Below, one piece after another: positions 1 to 10,427 of a stretch of DNA of 64,000 nucleotides. Position numbers and translations under genes: made by a program. Where the stretch lies: assembly GCA_000146045.2 (NCBI GenBank), contig BK006947.3:192001-256000 (forward strand), in the 5' to 3' direction. The notes under the pieces were generated by a model that was not told the origin of the DNA, ran no database searches, and saw nothing but the letters and a program-made list of their open reading frames with translations. Source of the DNA: TPA_inf: Saccharomyces. Lineage: Eukaryota. Position 1 is the stretch's first letter. Each line of letters opens with the position of its first letter.

Positions 1-3000
1 CTCAATACAAAAACAAGCTGTACCCGACTCTCCTGTGCATCCTTTCAATAATGACGATCTGTCACAAAGCGTTTATTTATCAAAAATGGAGGCTACTTCA
101 CTTTATATGAGCGCCATGGAAGAGCAATCAAATGAAGACCCCAGTGAACCCCAAGTTACACAAGAAGAACAAGAGAATGATAAGTGCAAGGAATCTTTAA
201 TGGAAATAAATAATTTGAACATAGCTTTTAAGGGTTTATCATCGGTCAATGATCTCAGAATGTCTAATATTGTTATTGATATTCAGGATGTTCATTTAGC
301 GATACACAAAATTGTCGAAATCAAAAACTCCACTTTGAAGAATATTATAGATATCATTGTTACACATTTGGATGCCAATGAAAGCTTTTCTTGCCAGGAT
401 TCCCAAAGTCCTTCACCTGACAAGCAGGAACCATCAGCTCTTTCTTCTGTTGATATCAAATGTATATACTTAAACTTAGGCCAAGATATCACAGTAATTT
501 TGAAGAGCTTTAAATTAGAGCAAAAGGAAAATAATTCATTGGCATTTTCTTTAGGCTCATTTTATTCTAATTCGAGTCCATTGACAATTAGCCATAAAAC
601 TAAGCCATTGCTCACTGGAGAACAAACCCCTCAAAGCATCGCATTAAATATGGGCGACGAACTAGATATTATTATCAGTCATGATGGCATTGCGCATTTC
701 TTTAAAATCTTTCAGTTTGTTTCAAAATGTATGTCCTTTTATCAGAATAAGTCAAAAGGGATGATGCCTCAAATAGCATCGGATACTAAAAGGACCGTAC
801 AACTTACCTCAAAAGCAGTGAAGTTGTCGCTTAAGTTTCCATATTTTTTATTATGTTTCCAGGTTTCACCCTTCATTTACGACTCTAACCGTGAGTTGTA
901 CATTGAGCTTGTAGACGTATTTAAAAAACTACCTTCTCGGTGCACGAAAATATTGACAATGTCGAGCATTACGATCTCGAACTTGCAATCCCCTCTACAA
1001 CTGGGTTCATATGACGATACTTTGAAAGAAGCGCTAATTTATAGTTCTGTCCATGCAATCATCAAAGAAGTGATATTTAACGAAGAATATTCTGGAATAG
1101 TACAATTAGTCGAAGATATTTCTGCGTTTGGAAAACTTTTCACGGATTCAAAGAACAGTGAATGTACAGGAAAGTCTAAAAGCAAGAGAGGCTCCTTTTT
1201 GCAGAGAAGTGTCAGAGTACTTAATTCTTCCAGGTTCGTTTACAAGCAGAGTTTATCCGCTAATTTTTCTCTCAAGATAGATTCCATGAAGTTAAAAGTA
1301 TCAGAAATTATAGGGCCGCAATTTGGTTCTGTGGAAGCATTACTATCAAATAATTTCTTTGCGATTACGGATGACTCTCAAATTGTATATTTTACAAAGA
1401 ACTTAAAGGTAGAAAGAAAGACACCGTCATTATTAGAGCCACAAGAAATCATGTCAGTAGTTTTGAATAAAGCAGTTAACGAACCTGTACTATATGTTCA
1501 TAGAAGGGCGAATGGAAAGTTAAAAGTCATTTTTAACAACATTCGCATACATTACTATGCAAGGTGGTTAGAAATACTAAAGAAAAACATCGGCCCGGAT
1601 AATGCCAGTTCAAAAGATGAACCTGTTTCACAAAAGCTTAGTAAAAAACAACCGACTTCAGGATTTCCCTGGGAACTCAAATGTCTGGACTGCTCTCTAA
1701 TTCTGCACCCTTTCAGATTAAAAAGTGTAATGGTCATTGTACTTGACAATCTAACAACTGGTGGAAGTTCATTTATTCCGCAGGCAAAGCTTCTTTCAAA
1801 GGCGAATACACTCTTCCTAATAGATGACTATCAGAATTTCAAAATTCAAAAAGATAAGAACTGGCCTAGTTTGATAAATTTTTATGCTGGTCAAGGTTTC
1901 TCTGCAATCGGTAAAATAGATACTTTGAATTTTTTAATAAACAAATCCGATGGTGCCCTTTTATTGGATTGTAAAATAGAACAAGTTGGTCTTTCATTAT
2001 GCGCGGATTCTTTTCAAACTTTTTGTCAGCTTTGTATTGATTTAAAATATCCTCAGACGTTTCCTGATGAGGAAAAATTTAGAACGCAGTTGAAAAATCC
2101 TATCGATGTATTCAAAGACATCGATTGTGATCTTTTCAATTCTGCCTTCATCCGGGAGAACAATCATCAAAATGATTACGACTCAGTGCATTTGGTAGAC
2201 AGTTTTCTCGACAAAACTCACGAGTTCAACAATGGTGCCAGAAGTAAACTATCCTCTCAAGGTTCATATGAAATGGACAGTTCCTCTGGAACTGCCACAG
2301 GTGGTATTTTACTTCCCCATGAGAGTTATCTAGACTCTGCTCAGCCAAAAGAAGAAGATACTCCACCAATCGCCTCAAAAGAGCAAGAAAGGGATGTGGA
2401 TATAAGGGGTAGTATAGATGTCGAAAAAGTTGTTATAAAACTATTCGATGGGTATGATTGGAAATATACGCGGAAATTTATCGCTAATACTGTTGAAAAA
2501 CTGGATAAAGAGCTCAGTAAAGCGGAAGCAAGCAGTTCGAAATCAAATGTACCCCAATCAGAGGCAAATATTTTTGACTCTATTTATATATCTGCTAACA
2601 AAAACAATGTCACAGATTTGAGAAGAAATCTTGATGGTGAGATCCAGGGGGTTCAGAATTCCTTCTCTGATGTCTCTAAAGTTAATTTGCGACCTTCTAA
2701 GCATTACAAAGCCCTGATTCAATTGAACAAAGTACATGTCAATTTGAAGAATTATCGAGTAGATGAACCCGATGAGTCTAACTCTGATAATTCCACAGAT
2801 GTTTTGAACCGATGTGTAGTTTCCATTTACGAATTTGAAATTATCGATAATGTTCCCACGTCCACCTGGAATAAATTTGTAACTTTGCTAAAGCACGAAC
2901 CGTGGCCACACAGTTCTCCGATGTTTCTTCTGGACCTGGAATTTATCCGGCCGATCGACTTTTTGCAAGCAGTGGAATTAGTCATGCAATTAAATGTTGC

Positions 3001-4102
3001 GCCTTTACGCCTTCACGTGGATCAAGACACTTTAGAGTTTCTAATAAGGTTCTTAGGGTTCAAAGATAAAAGATTTGAATTAATTGATGAGTATCCAGAT
3101 ATTGTATTTATTCAAAAATTTAGCACTAATTCAATTAAGTTAAGATTAGATTATAAGCCGAAAAAAGTTGATTATGCGGGTTTAAGATCGGGCCAAACTT
3201 CTGAATTGATGAATTTTTTTACCCTTGATGGATCCAAGATTATTTTGAAAAGCGTAGTCCTGTATGGATTAAATGGATTCGATGAATTAAATAATAAACT
3301 GAAAGCCATTTGGACGCCGGATATTACCAAAAAGCAGCTGCCTGGCGTTTTGGAAGGACTGGCTCCTGTCAGATCGTTTATGGCGATTGGGTCAGGGGTG
3401 AAGACCCTAGTCACAGTACTAATGTCAGAATACAGGCAAGAAGGGCATTTGGGAAGGAGTCTGAAAAAGGGTGGCAATGTCTTCTTGAAAACGACAACGG
3501 GAGATTTTGTGAAATTGGGAGTTAAATTAACTTCAGGGACACAGGCGATATTGGAGAACACCGAGGAACTATTCGGTGGTGTTGGTTCCAATGGCAGGGT
3601 GTACGATGCATCGAAATTTGGCTCCGCTGATGGTGCAGACAGTGATACTGCAGCTGTATTAGACTTGGATACTTTATTCGAGGAGGATCAGTTAGTTGGT
3701 AGTAAATATTCCAGGATAAGAGATCATGAGCCCACGGCAGTAGTCATCGATATGTCTTCACCGGGAGATCACAACGAACCCACAATAGTGAGTCTGTACG
3801 CAGATCAGCCCCTCGACCTGCCCACGGGTTTGAAGGAGGCGTATAGTTCATTAGAAAAGCATATGCATATTGCGTACGATGCGGTATGGAGGGCAAAGGG
3901 ACAGATGAAGGATGATAAACGGGGAGGGCCGAGCGCCGCAGCAGTTTATGTTGCTAGAGCTGCACCTGTGGCAATTATTCGGCCGTTAATTGGGGCCACT
4001 GAGGCAGTGTCTAAGACTTTACAGGGAATAGCTAATCAAGTGGATAAGACGCATAACGAGCAAATCAATGATAAGTACAAGTCCAATCGGACTGATTCGT
4101 AA
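1..4102 (+). CDS. ATG2: Atg2 autophagy lipid-transfer protein, C-terminal ~1355 codons; 5' end lies upstream of the window (partial)
   Basis: Open frame runs in from the window start and ends at a stop at 4100-4102. The large low-complexity protein lies convergent with ZWF1, as YNL242W/YNL241C do in S. cerevisiae. Identity is by synteny and recalled sequence, not a motif. Confidence 0.75.
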   Translation, partial: SIQKQAVPDSPVHPFNNDDLSQSVYLSKMEATSLYMSAMEEQSNEDPSEPQVTQEEQENDKCKESLMEINNLNIAFKGLSSVNDLRMSNIVIDIQDVHLAIHKIVEIKNSTLKNIIDIIVTHLDANESFSCQDSQSPSPDKQEPSALSSVDIKCIYLNLGQDITVILKSFKLEQKENNSLAFSLGSFYSNSSPLTISHKTKPLLTGEQTPQSIALNMGDELDIIISHDGIAHFFKIFQFVSKCMSFYQNKSKGMMPQIASDTKRTVQLTSKAVKLSLKFPYFLLCFQVSPFIYDSNRELYIELVDVFKKLPSRCTKILTMSSITISNLQSPLQLGSYDDTLKEALIYSSVHAIIKEVIFNEEYSGIVQLVEDISAFGKLFTDSKNSECTGKSKSKRGSFLQRSVRVLNSSRFVYKQSLSANFSLKIDSMKLKVSEIIGPQFGSVEALLSNNFFAITDDSQIVYFTKNLKVERKTPSLLEPQEIMSVVLNKAVNEPVLYVHRRANGKLKVIFNNIRIHYYARWLEILKKNIGPDNASSKDEPVSQKLSKKQPTSGFPWELKCLDCSLILHPFRLKSVMVIVLDNLTTGGSSFIPQAKLLSKANTLFLIDDYQNFKIQKDKNWPSLINFYAGQGFSAIGKIDTLNFLINKSDGALLLDCKIEQVGLSLCADSFQTFCQLCIDLKYPQTFPDEEKFRTQLKNPIDVFKDIDCDLFNSAFIRENNHQNDYDSVHLVDSFLDKTHEFNNGARSKLSSQGSYEMDSSSGTATGGILLPHESYLDSAQPKEEDTPPIASKEQERDVDIRGSIDVEKVVIKLFDGYDWKYTRKFIANTVEKLDKELSKAEASSSKSNVPQSEANIFDSIYISANKNNVTDLRRNLDGEIQGVQNSFSDVSKVNLRPSKHYKALIQLNKVHVNLKNYRVDEPDESNSDNSTDVLNRCVVSIYEFEIIDNVPTSTWNKFVTLLKHEPWPHSSPMFLLDLEFIRPIDFLQAVELVMQLNVAPLRLHVDQDTLEFLIRFLGFKDKRFELIDEYPDIVFIQKFSTNSIKLRLDYKPKKVDYAGLRSGQTSELMNFFTLDGSKIILKSVVLYGLNGFDELNNKLKAIWTPDITKKQLPGVLEGLAPVRSFMAIGSGVKTLVTVLMSEYRQEGHLGRSLKKGGNVFLKTTTGDFVKLGVKLTSGTQAILENTEELFGGVGSNGRVYDASKFGSADGADSDTAAVLDLDTLFEEDQLVGSKYSRIRDHEPTAVVIDMSSPGDHNEPTIVSLYADQPLDLPTGLKEAYSSLEKHMHIAYDAVWRAKGQMKDDKRGGPSAAAVYVARAAPVAIIRPLIGATEAVSKTLQGIANQVDKTHNEQINDKYKSNRTDS

Positions 4103-4150
4103 AAATTTTTGCAGACATTTTTGATATATATTCAATTCATATTTTATCTC

Positions 4151-4168
4151 TTTTTTTTTTTTTTTTTT
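4151..4168 (+). repeat. Poly(dT) tract (T18) in the convergent ATG2/ZWF1 3' intergenic region
   Basis: Uninterrupted run of T; likely a terminator / nucleosome-excluding element. Confidence 0.8.
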
Positions 4169-4425
4169 CAGACGTGGAATGGTGGGAAAGCCAAAATGTC
4201 ACTGACCGCGGCTAAAAGTTAAAAAATACATGAGACGACATTCTTTTATGTATATATATTTACACATGTATACAAACAAATACACACGCAAGTAGAGAGG
4301 AGTTGGTGGGGGGAAGATGCCATTATAGAGGAGAAAAGAACAAAGAGAGTGAGCTTGCAAGATAAAATCACTCGAAAAAAAAAATTTCAGTGACTTAGCC
4401 GATAAATGAATGTGCTTGCATTTTT

Positions 4426-5943
4426 CTAATTATCCTTCGTATCTTCTGGCTTAGTCACGGGCCAAGCGTAAGGGTGCTTTTCGGGCATAACATACTTGTG
4501 TTTTTGCATATATTCCTTCAATCCCTTTGGACCTCTTGATCCGTAGGGGTAAATTTCCGGTGTTGGACCGTCCGGACGCTCTATGTGCTTCAGTAATGGG
4601 GTGAATATGCCCCAACTGATATCCAATTCGTCATCTCTGACAAAGTTGGAATGGTCACCCAGTAGGGCGTCTCTTATCAACACCTCGTAAGCCTCTGGAA
4701 TCCAAAAGTCTTGGTACCTGCTTGCGTAAGTTAGATTCAGATCTGTGACTTGGGTAGCATTTGACAGACCAGGGGTCTTAGCATTAAACTTTAGGTACAC
4801 AGCGGCATCGGGCTGCACTCTGATGACCAGTTCGTTATTTGGAATGTCTTTGAAGACACCCGATGCGACCGCTTTGTACTGCAGTCTGATCTCCACCTTG
4901 GACTCATTCAAAGCCTTACCGGCACGCATCATGATGGGGACGCCCTCCCAACGCTCGTTTTCGATGTTGAAAGTCATTGCTGCAAAAGTGACACATTTAG
5001 AGTCCTTGTCTACAGTGTCATCATCCACGTAGGCGGGCTTAGACCCGTCCTCAGATTTACCGTACTGGCCCAAGAGGACGTCGTCCGTGTCGATGGGGGC
5101 CACGGCCTTTAGAACCTTAACCTTTTCGTCACGAATAGATTCCGGGTCAAAAGACACCGGTCTTTCCATAGTCAAGAGAGTCATGATTTGTAACAGATGG
5201 TTCTGCATCACGTCTCTGATTATGCCTATAGAGTCGAAATAGCCGCCACGGCCTTCGGTGCCGAACCTCTCTTTAAACGAAATCTGAACGCTTTGAATGT
5301 TGTCTCTATTCCACGAGGCATTCAAAAACTGGTTACCGAACCTCAAGACTAAAAGATTCTTGACCAACTCTTTACCCAAGTAATGGTCAATTCTGTACAA
5401 CTCTTCTTCTTTAAAGAGGGGCCCCAGGTTTTTTTGCAGCTCCCTGGCAGAGGCCAGGTCGTGGCCGAAAGGTTTCTCTACGATTACACGGGTGATGCCA
5501 TTCTCTGCGTACACACGACTCTTGATCTGCTTGGCCACCGTCAAAAAAACGCTTGGCGGCAAGGCCAGATAGAAGAGACGGTGTGGGACATCGACGTTGG
5601 CACTTTTCTCGAATTTCTCGATCTGCGTTCTTAATTCGTCGAAGCCTTCATCTGTGTCGTAATTTCCCGAAATGTAGCTGACCATCTTGAAGAACTGTTC
5701 GACCTTAGAGTCATCGGCTTCACCGTGAGGTTTTTTCAAGTGGGGTAGGACACGGGACTTCAGGTCCTCCTCCATGGACAATTTGGACCGGGCATAACCG
5801 AAGATCTTGGTAGATGGATCAAGGTAACCTTCTCTGAAAAGCCCAAATAAGGCGGGAAAAGTCTTCTTCTTTGCCAGATCACCTGACGCACCAAAGACAG
5901 ATATGACGGTATTTTTTTCGAATTTGACGGGGCCTTCACTCAT
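4426..5943 (-). CDS. ZWF1: Glucose-6-phosphate dehydrogenase (505 aa)
   Basis: N-terminal GASGDLAKKKTFPALF NADP-binding motif and the RIDHYLGKE G6PD active-site signature. The 505-aa length matches yeast Zwf1. Confidence 0.95.
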   Translation of the reverse strand: MSEGPVKFEKNTVISVFGASGDLAKKKTFPALFGLFREGYLDPSTKIFGYARSKLSMEEDLKSRVLPHLKKPHGEADDSKVEQFFKMVSYISGNYDTDEGFDELRTQIEKFEKSANVDVPHRLFYLALPPSVFLTVAKQIKSRVYAENGITRVIVEKPFGHDLASARELQKNLGPLFKEEELYRIDHYLGKELVKNLLVLRFGNQFLNASWNRDNIQSVQISFKERFGTEGRGGYFDSIGIIRDVMQNHLLQIMTLLTMERPVSFDPESIRDEKVKVLKAVAPIDTDDVLLGQYGKSEDGSKPAYVDDDTVDKDSKCVTFAAMTFNIENERWEGVPIMMRAGKALNESKVEIRLQYKAVASGVFKDIPNNELVIRVQPDAAVYLKFNAKTPGLSNATQVTDLNLTYASRYQDFWIPEAYEVLIRDALLGDHSNFVRDDELDISWGIFTPLLKHIERPDGPTPEIYPYGSRGPKGLKEYMQKHKYVMPEKHPYAWPVTKPEDTKDN

Positions 5944-6501
5944 CTTGCCTTATGTGGTTTTCTATTCTATTGGATTTACTCTTTCTGTCTATACAGCCAA
6001 TTGGAGAGGGGGAAGGGGGAGAAGGAGGGGTGAGTGGAGAAAAGGGAGAGAGGGGCAGGAGGAAGCCACTTTAGGTGTTATGTGTCGGTATATAGATGAA
6101 CCCACAGTTTGCTTATATATGGGATAGCCTTGGCGAGTTTTCCGTACATTGAAGAATTCGCCACCCTTAGAAAAGGGGCCACCACACCTTGAGCCAAAAA
6201 TCCCACATTAATAATATTCCATTTTTTTTTTAGTCATTTTTTTTTTTTTCGTCTCTCTTCCTCCTCCGGCCGAGCCGAAACCGGGCTTTTAGCACCGTTG
6301 GAAGCTTGTATCTCCGCGTAAGACCGCCGGAGTATGCATCTTATAGCGGTTTTTCCAGTTCTTTTCCACTATTACGTGGTGCTTCCAGTAGCGCTACTAT
6401 TATTGTTGTTCTTGCTATTATTTAAATGTCACTATGTACTTGATACACACAGTTTGTGGTGATTTCACGCTTATGTACACGGGTGCAAAACTACACCTTA
6501 C

Positions 6502-7977
6502 TTACCAGGTGCTCCCAACAGAGACGAGATCCTTTTCGACGGCCTGCTTGACGGGCGCGAAGACGTACTCTAGCGAAAGCGGGCGGGCTGCCGCCTCTTC
6601 TAGCTTGGGTCCCAGGGTTAGAGGATCTACCATTGCTAGCTCCTCTCCGTGACGCTTATTCAGTGTCTGAACCAACTGCTTCCGCTTGAGACTGTTTTGC
6701 TCGCCATTGAGTAGGCCACCACCGTTCATGCATGCACCCGGACACGCGTTTACCTCGATGTAGTCCGAGTGGTAGGGATCGGCCGTGGCGGCCGTGGCGG
6801 CCGCCATCTCGCGTGAGTTCGCCTTTGGACCTGTTCGTCTCTTCCGCAGAGCGGTGATGTTCCTCTTGCGCTCTGACCCGGAGCCCGAGGTCAGTTTACG
6901 CACCAGATTTTGGATGTTTCTAAACCCGGAAAGCTCGCTGGCGGCGGCTATTATGCGATCATCGTGCAGCAATCGGTACTCGACAATGTCGCTGTTTCTA
7001 CCCTCCAGAACTATCATCTGACTTCCTGGGTGTAGTCGTTGGACAGCCGTTACGTACTGGTAGGCATAGCCACCACAAGTGCCTCCCAGATTCGACGCCC
7101 AGTGGACTCGCGGGTCCCATCCCGGCGGTGATAGCCGCCCATATAAACTTGTGTCCTCAGTAAGAAACGACTTGAAGTCTAAATTCAACTCTTGTAACAT
7201 TGTCACTATTTCACGTGGCGTAATGACACAGTCAATCCCATCGTCAAGCGATTCTGGCCTTGACGCTTCTAGTTTCTTGTCAAAACATGGCATCAGCGAC
7301 AGATGGTAAAAGGACTCACGCGCGATAGCGAGACTCTCGAACGTAGCTCTGATCAACGAGCCCGTAATTTGCTGAGGCGACTTGACATTGAGCAGCATAG
7401 GCACCAACTGCGGTTTGGTCTTTTCCGTGTATATAAGAAATCCCGGACACACAGCAGATAATAGAGGCTTGCGGTCCGCACCGGTATTTTCTTTTTGTTT
7501 CTTATGCGCAATGATCTTCTCTACGGTTTTGCTAATCGATATGATTCTGCCCATCTCCGTTCCAACCATATACTTGCACTGGAAATGCTTTTGGAAAAAA
7601 TTCATCAAACACAAATCGGCCGCCTCCAATGTTAAGCCGTAGTACTGCGCAAGAGATAGTCTGCATTGTGGCGAGACACTCACAACGAGGAATTTGTCTT
7701 GCTGCTGCGAAAGCTTCCCCCAGTTTTTCAGGAAAACCGAGTGACTTTGGCTACTCAACAAGATTTCTTCACTAGACGTTATACAACCAGAACACGCGAG
7801 GCAGTCTGATAGGGTAATAGAGACCTTCTCCAGTTGGTCTGGTTCCGTGCTCACCTCGTATTCTCCGTTCATGTTAACGTTATCCTTCTTGCCCCCGCTC
7901 ACCTGGGTAGGTTTGACGCACGCAAGGGCGGGACTGATAAAATCGTTTAGGTCAGACTCGGACAGTAGAGCACTCAT
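6502..7977 (-). CDS. NAR1: Cytosolic Fe-S assembly factor, iron-only hydrogenase-like (491 aa)
   Basis: N-terminal CLACSGC ferredoxin-like cysteine cluster and AVCPGF / MPCFDKK hydrogenase-like cysteine motifs. Length and position next to ZWF1 match NAR1. Confidence 0.9.
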   Translation of the reverse strand: MSALLSESDLNDFISPALACVKPTQVSGGKKDNVNMNGEYEVSTEPDQLEKVSITLSDCLACSGCITSSEEILLSSQSHSVFLKNWGKLSQQQDKFLVVSVSPQCRLSLAQYYGLTLEAADLCLMNFFQKHFQCKYMVGTEMGRIISISKTVEKIIAHKKQKENTGADRKPLLSAVCPGFLIYTEKTKPQLVPMLLNVKSPQQITGSLIRATFESLAIARESFYHLSLMPCFDKKLEASRPESLDDGIDCVITPREIVTMLQELNLDFKSFLTEDTSLYGRLSPPGWDPRVHWASNLGGTCGGYAYQYVTAVQRLHPGSQMIVLEGRNSDIVEYRLLHDDRIIAAASELSGFRNIQNLVRKLTSGSGSERKRNITALRKRRTGPKANSREMAAATAATADPYHSDYIEVNACPGACMNGGGLLNGEQNSLKRKQLVQTLNKRHGEELAMVDPLTLGPKLEEAAARPLSLEYVFAPVKQAVEKDLVSVGSTW

Positions 7978-8417
7978 GCTTTCTTGTACACTTATCTTGT
8001 CACTCAGGAAAAGGAAGCTCCCTCTCTTATCTTTCCAGCTGACAAGACAAGTTTCTTAGTCATCACCATAAAACGCTTTTATCATTTTTTTCTTCATGCG
8101 ATGAGCAGGGAAAACTGGTAAAAAAAGAAAATAGGAAGTGGAAAAGAAAAAACTAGCGGAAAGGCAGGCAATATGCTTTACAAACAGGCAAATTTTGTCT
8201 CTTAATCCTGTGAAGAGGCATCGTATATTCAGTGCTTTTTGAAATTTAGAAAATAGTCGCTTTATTGATTATGCTACATATGTTATTTTGCTTTAGTATG
8301 TGTCAAATAGCATGCAATCGCCGGGTAGTGAGTGACACATCCTTTTTTCCCCTCCCACCAGAAAGTCACCTGCTCTCTTAATCAATGGGGTTGCATGTGG
8401 TAATCAATTGATAACGC

Positions 8418-8434
8418 CGGCTGACAAGTCGCCG
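8418..8434 (+). promoter_or_regulatory. Gal4-type UAS, CGG-N11-CCG (CGGCTGACAAGTCGCCG)
   Basis: Exact CGG-11-CCG spacing 135 bp upstream of LAP3/GAL6 ATG 8569. A TATA-like ATAAATAAA follows at 8445-8455. Confidence 0.65.
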
Positions 8435-8568
8435 ACGGGCACCCATAAATAAACGATAAATAGCCCTTGCTCTTTTGTTACATGCTTCCTACTTCTGTTT
8501 CCCGGTCCTTGTATCTCAAGACGTTTAGAAGCCACCTTTTACGAGCACCACAAATTGTTTTAAAAAGA

Positions 8569-9933
8569 ATGTCCTCTTCCATCGATATCAGTAAGATCAA
8601 CTCTTGGAACAAAGAGTTTCAATCCGACTTAACCCATCAATTGGCAACCACTGTCCTTAAGAATTATAATGCCGATGATGCACTGTTGAACAAGACTAGA
8701 CTGCAAAAGCAAGATAACAGGGTTTTCAACACTGTTGTCTCTACTGATTCCACTCCAGTCACCAACCAAAAAAGCTCTGGTAGATGTTGGTTGTTTGCCG
8801 CTACCAATCAACTGCGCTTGAATGTTCTTTCTGAATTGAACTTAAAAGAATTCGAACTGTCCCAAGCTTACTTGTTCTTTTACGATAAGTTGGAAAAGGC
8901 CAACTATTTCTTGGACCAAATCGTCTCCTCGGCTGATCAAGACATCGACTCACGTCTCGTGCAATACTTGTTAGCAGCTCCAACAGAAGACGGTGGCCAA
9001 TACAGCATGTTTTTGAACCTAGTCAAGAAGTATGGCCTTATCCCCAAAGATTTATACGGGGATCTACCTTATTCTACTACTGCGTCCAGAAAATGGAATT
9101 CTCTGTTGACTACTAAACTGAGAGAATTTGCCGAGACTCTAAGAACAGCTTTGAAAGAGCGTTCTGCCGATGATTCCATAATTGTCACTCTGAGAGAGCA
9201 AATGCAAAGAGAAATCTTCAGGTTGATGTCGTTGTTCATGGACATACCTCCAGTGCAACCAAACGAGCAATTCACTTGGGAATACGTTGACAAAGACAAG
9301 AAAATCCACACTATCAAATCGACTCCGTTAGAATTTGCCTCCAAATACGCAAAATTGGACCCTTCCACGCCAGTCTCATTGATCAATGATCCAAGACACC
9401 CATATGGTAAATTAATTAAGATCGATCGTTTAGGAAACGTCCTTGGCGGAGATGCCGTGATTTACTTAAATGTTGACAATGAAACACTATCTAAATTGGT
9501 TGTTAAGAGATTACAAAATAACAAAGCTGTCTTTTTTGGATCTCACACTCCAAAGTTCATGGACAAGAAAACTGGTGTCATGGATATTGAATTGTGGAAC
9601 TATCCTGCCATCGGCTATAATTTACCTCAGCAAAAGGCATCGCGTATTAGATACCATGAAAGTTTGATGACTCATGCTATGTTGATCACTGGCTGCCACG
9701 TCGATGAAACGTCTAAATTACCACTTCGCTACCGCGTTGAAAATTCCTGGGGTAAAGACTCCGGTAAAGACGGATTATACGTGATGACTCAAAAGTACTT
9801 CGAGGAGTACTGCTTTCAAATTGTGGTCGATATCAATGAATTGCCAAAAGAGCTGGCTTCAAAATTCACCTCAGGTAAGGAAGAGCCGATTGTCTTGCCC
9901 ATCTGGGACCCAATGGGTGCTTTGGCCAAATAA
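8569..9933 (+). CDS. LAP3: Bleomycin hydrolase, papain-family cysteine aminopeptidase C1B (454 aa from ATG 8569; an in-frame ATG at 8482 would give 483 aa)
   Basis: [14 protein letters not shown] active-site cysteine region plus a conserved His/Asn C-terminal half. The track ORF opens at a TTG; the first ATG is at 8482 and the canonical [11 protein letters not shown] start is at 8569. Confidence 0.9.
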
Positions 9934-10427
9934 ATAGTTTCAGCAGCTCTGATGTAGATACACGTATCTCGACATGTTTTATTTTTACTATACATACATA
10001 AAAGAAATAAAAAATGATAACGTGTATATTATTATTCATATAATCAATGAGGGTCATTTTCTGAAACGCAAAAAACGGTAAATGGAAAAAAAATAAAGAT
10101 AGAAAAAGAAAACAAACAAAGGAAAGGTTAGCATATTAAATAACTGAGCTGATACTTCAACAGCATCGCTGAAGAGAACAGTATTGAAACCGAAACATTT
10201 TCTAAAGGCAAACAAGGTACTCCATATTTGCTGGACGTGTTCTTTCTCTCGTTTCATATGCATAATTCTGTCATAAGCCTGTTCTTTTTCCTGGCTTAAA
10301 CATCCCGTTTTGTAAAAGAGAAATCTATTCCACATATTTCATTCATTCGGCTACCATACTAAGGATAAACTAATCCCGTTGTTTTTTGGCCTCGTCACAT
10401 AATTATAAACTACTAACCCATTATCAG

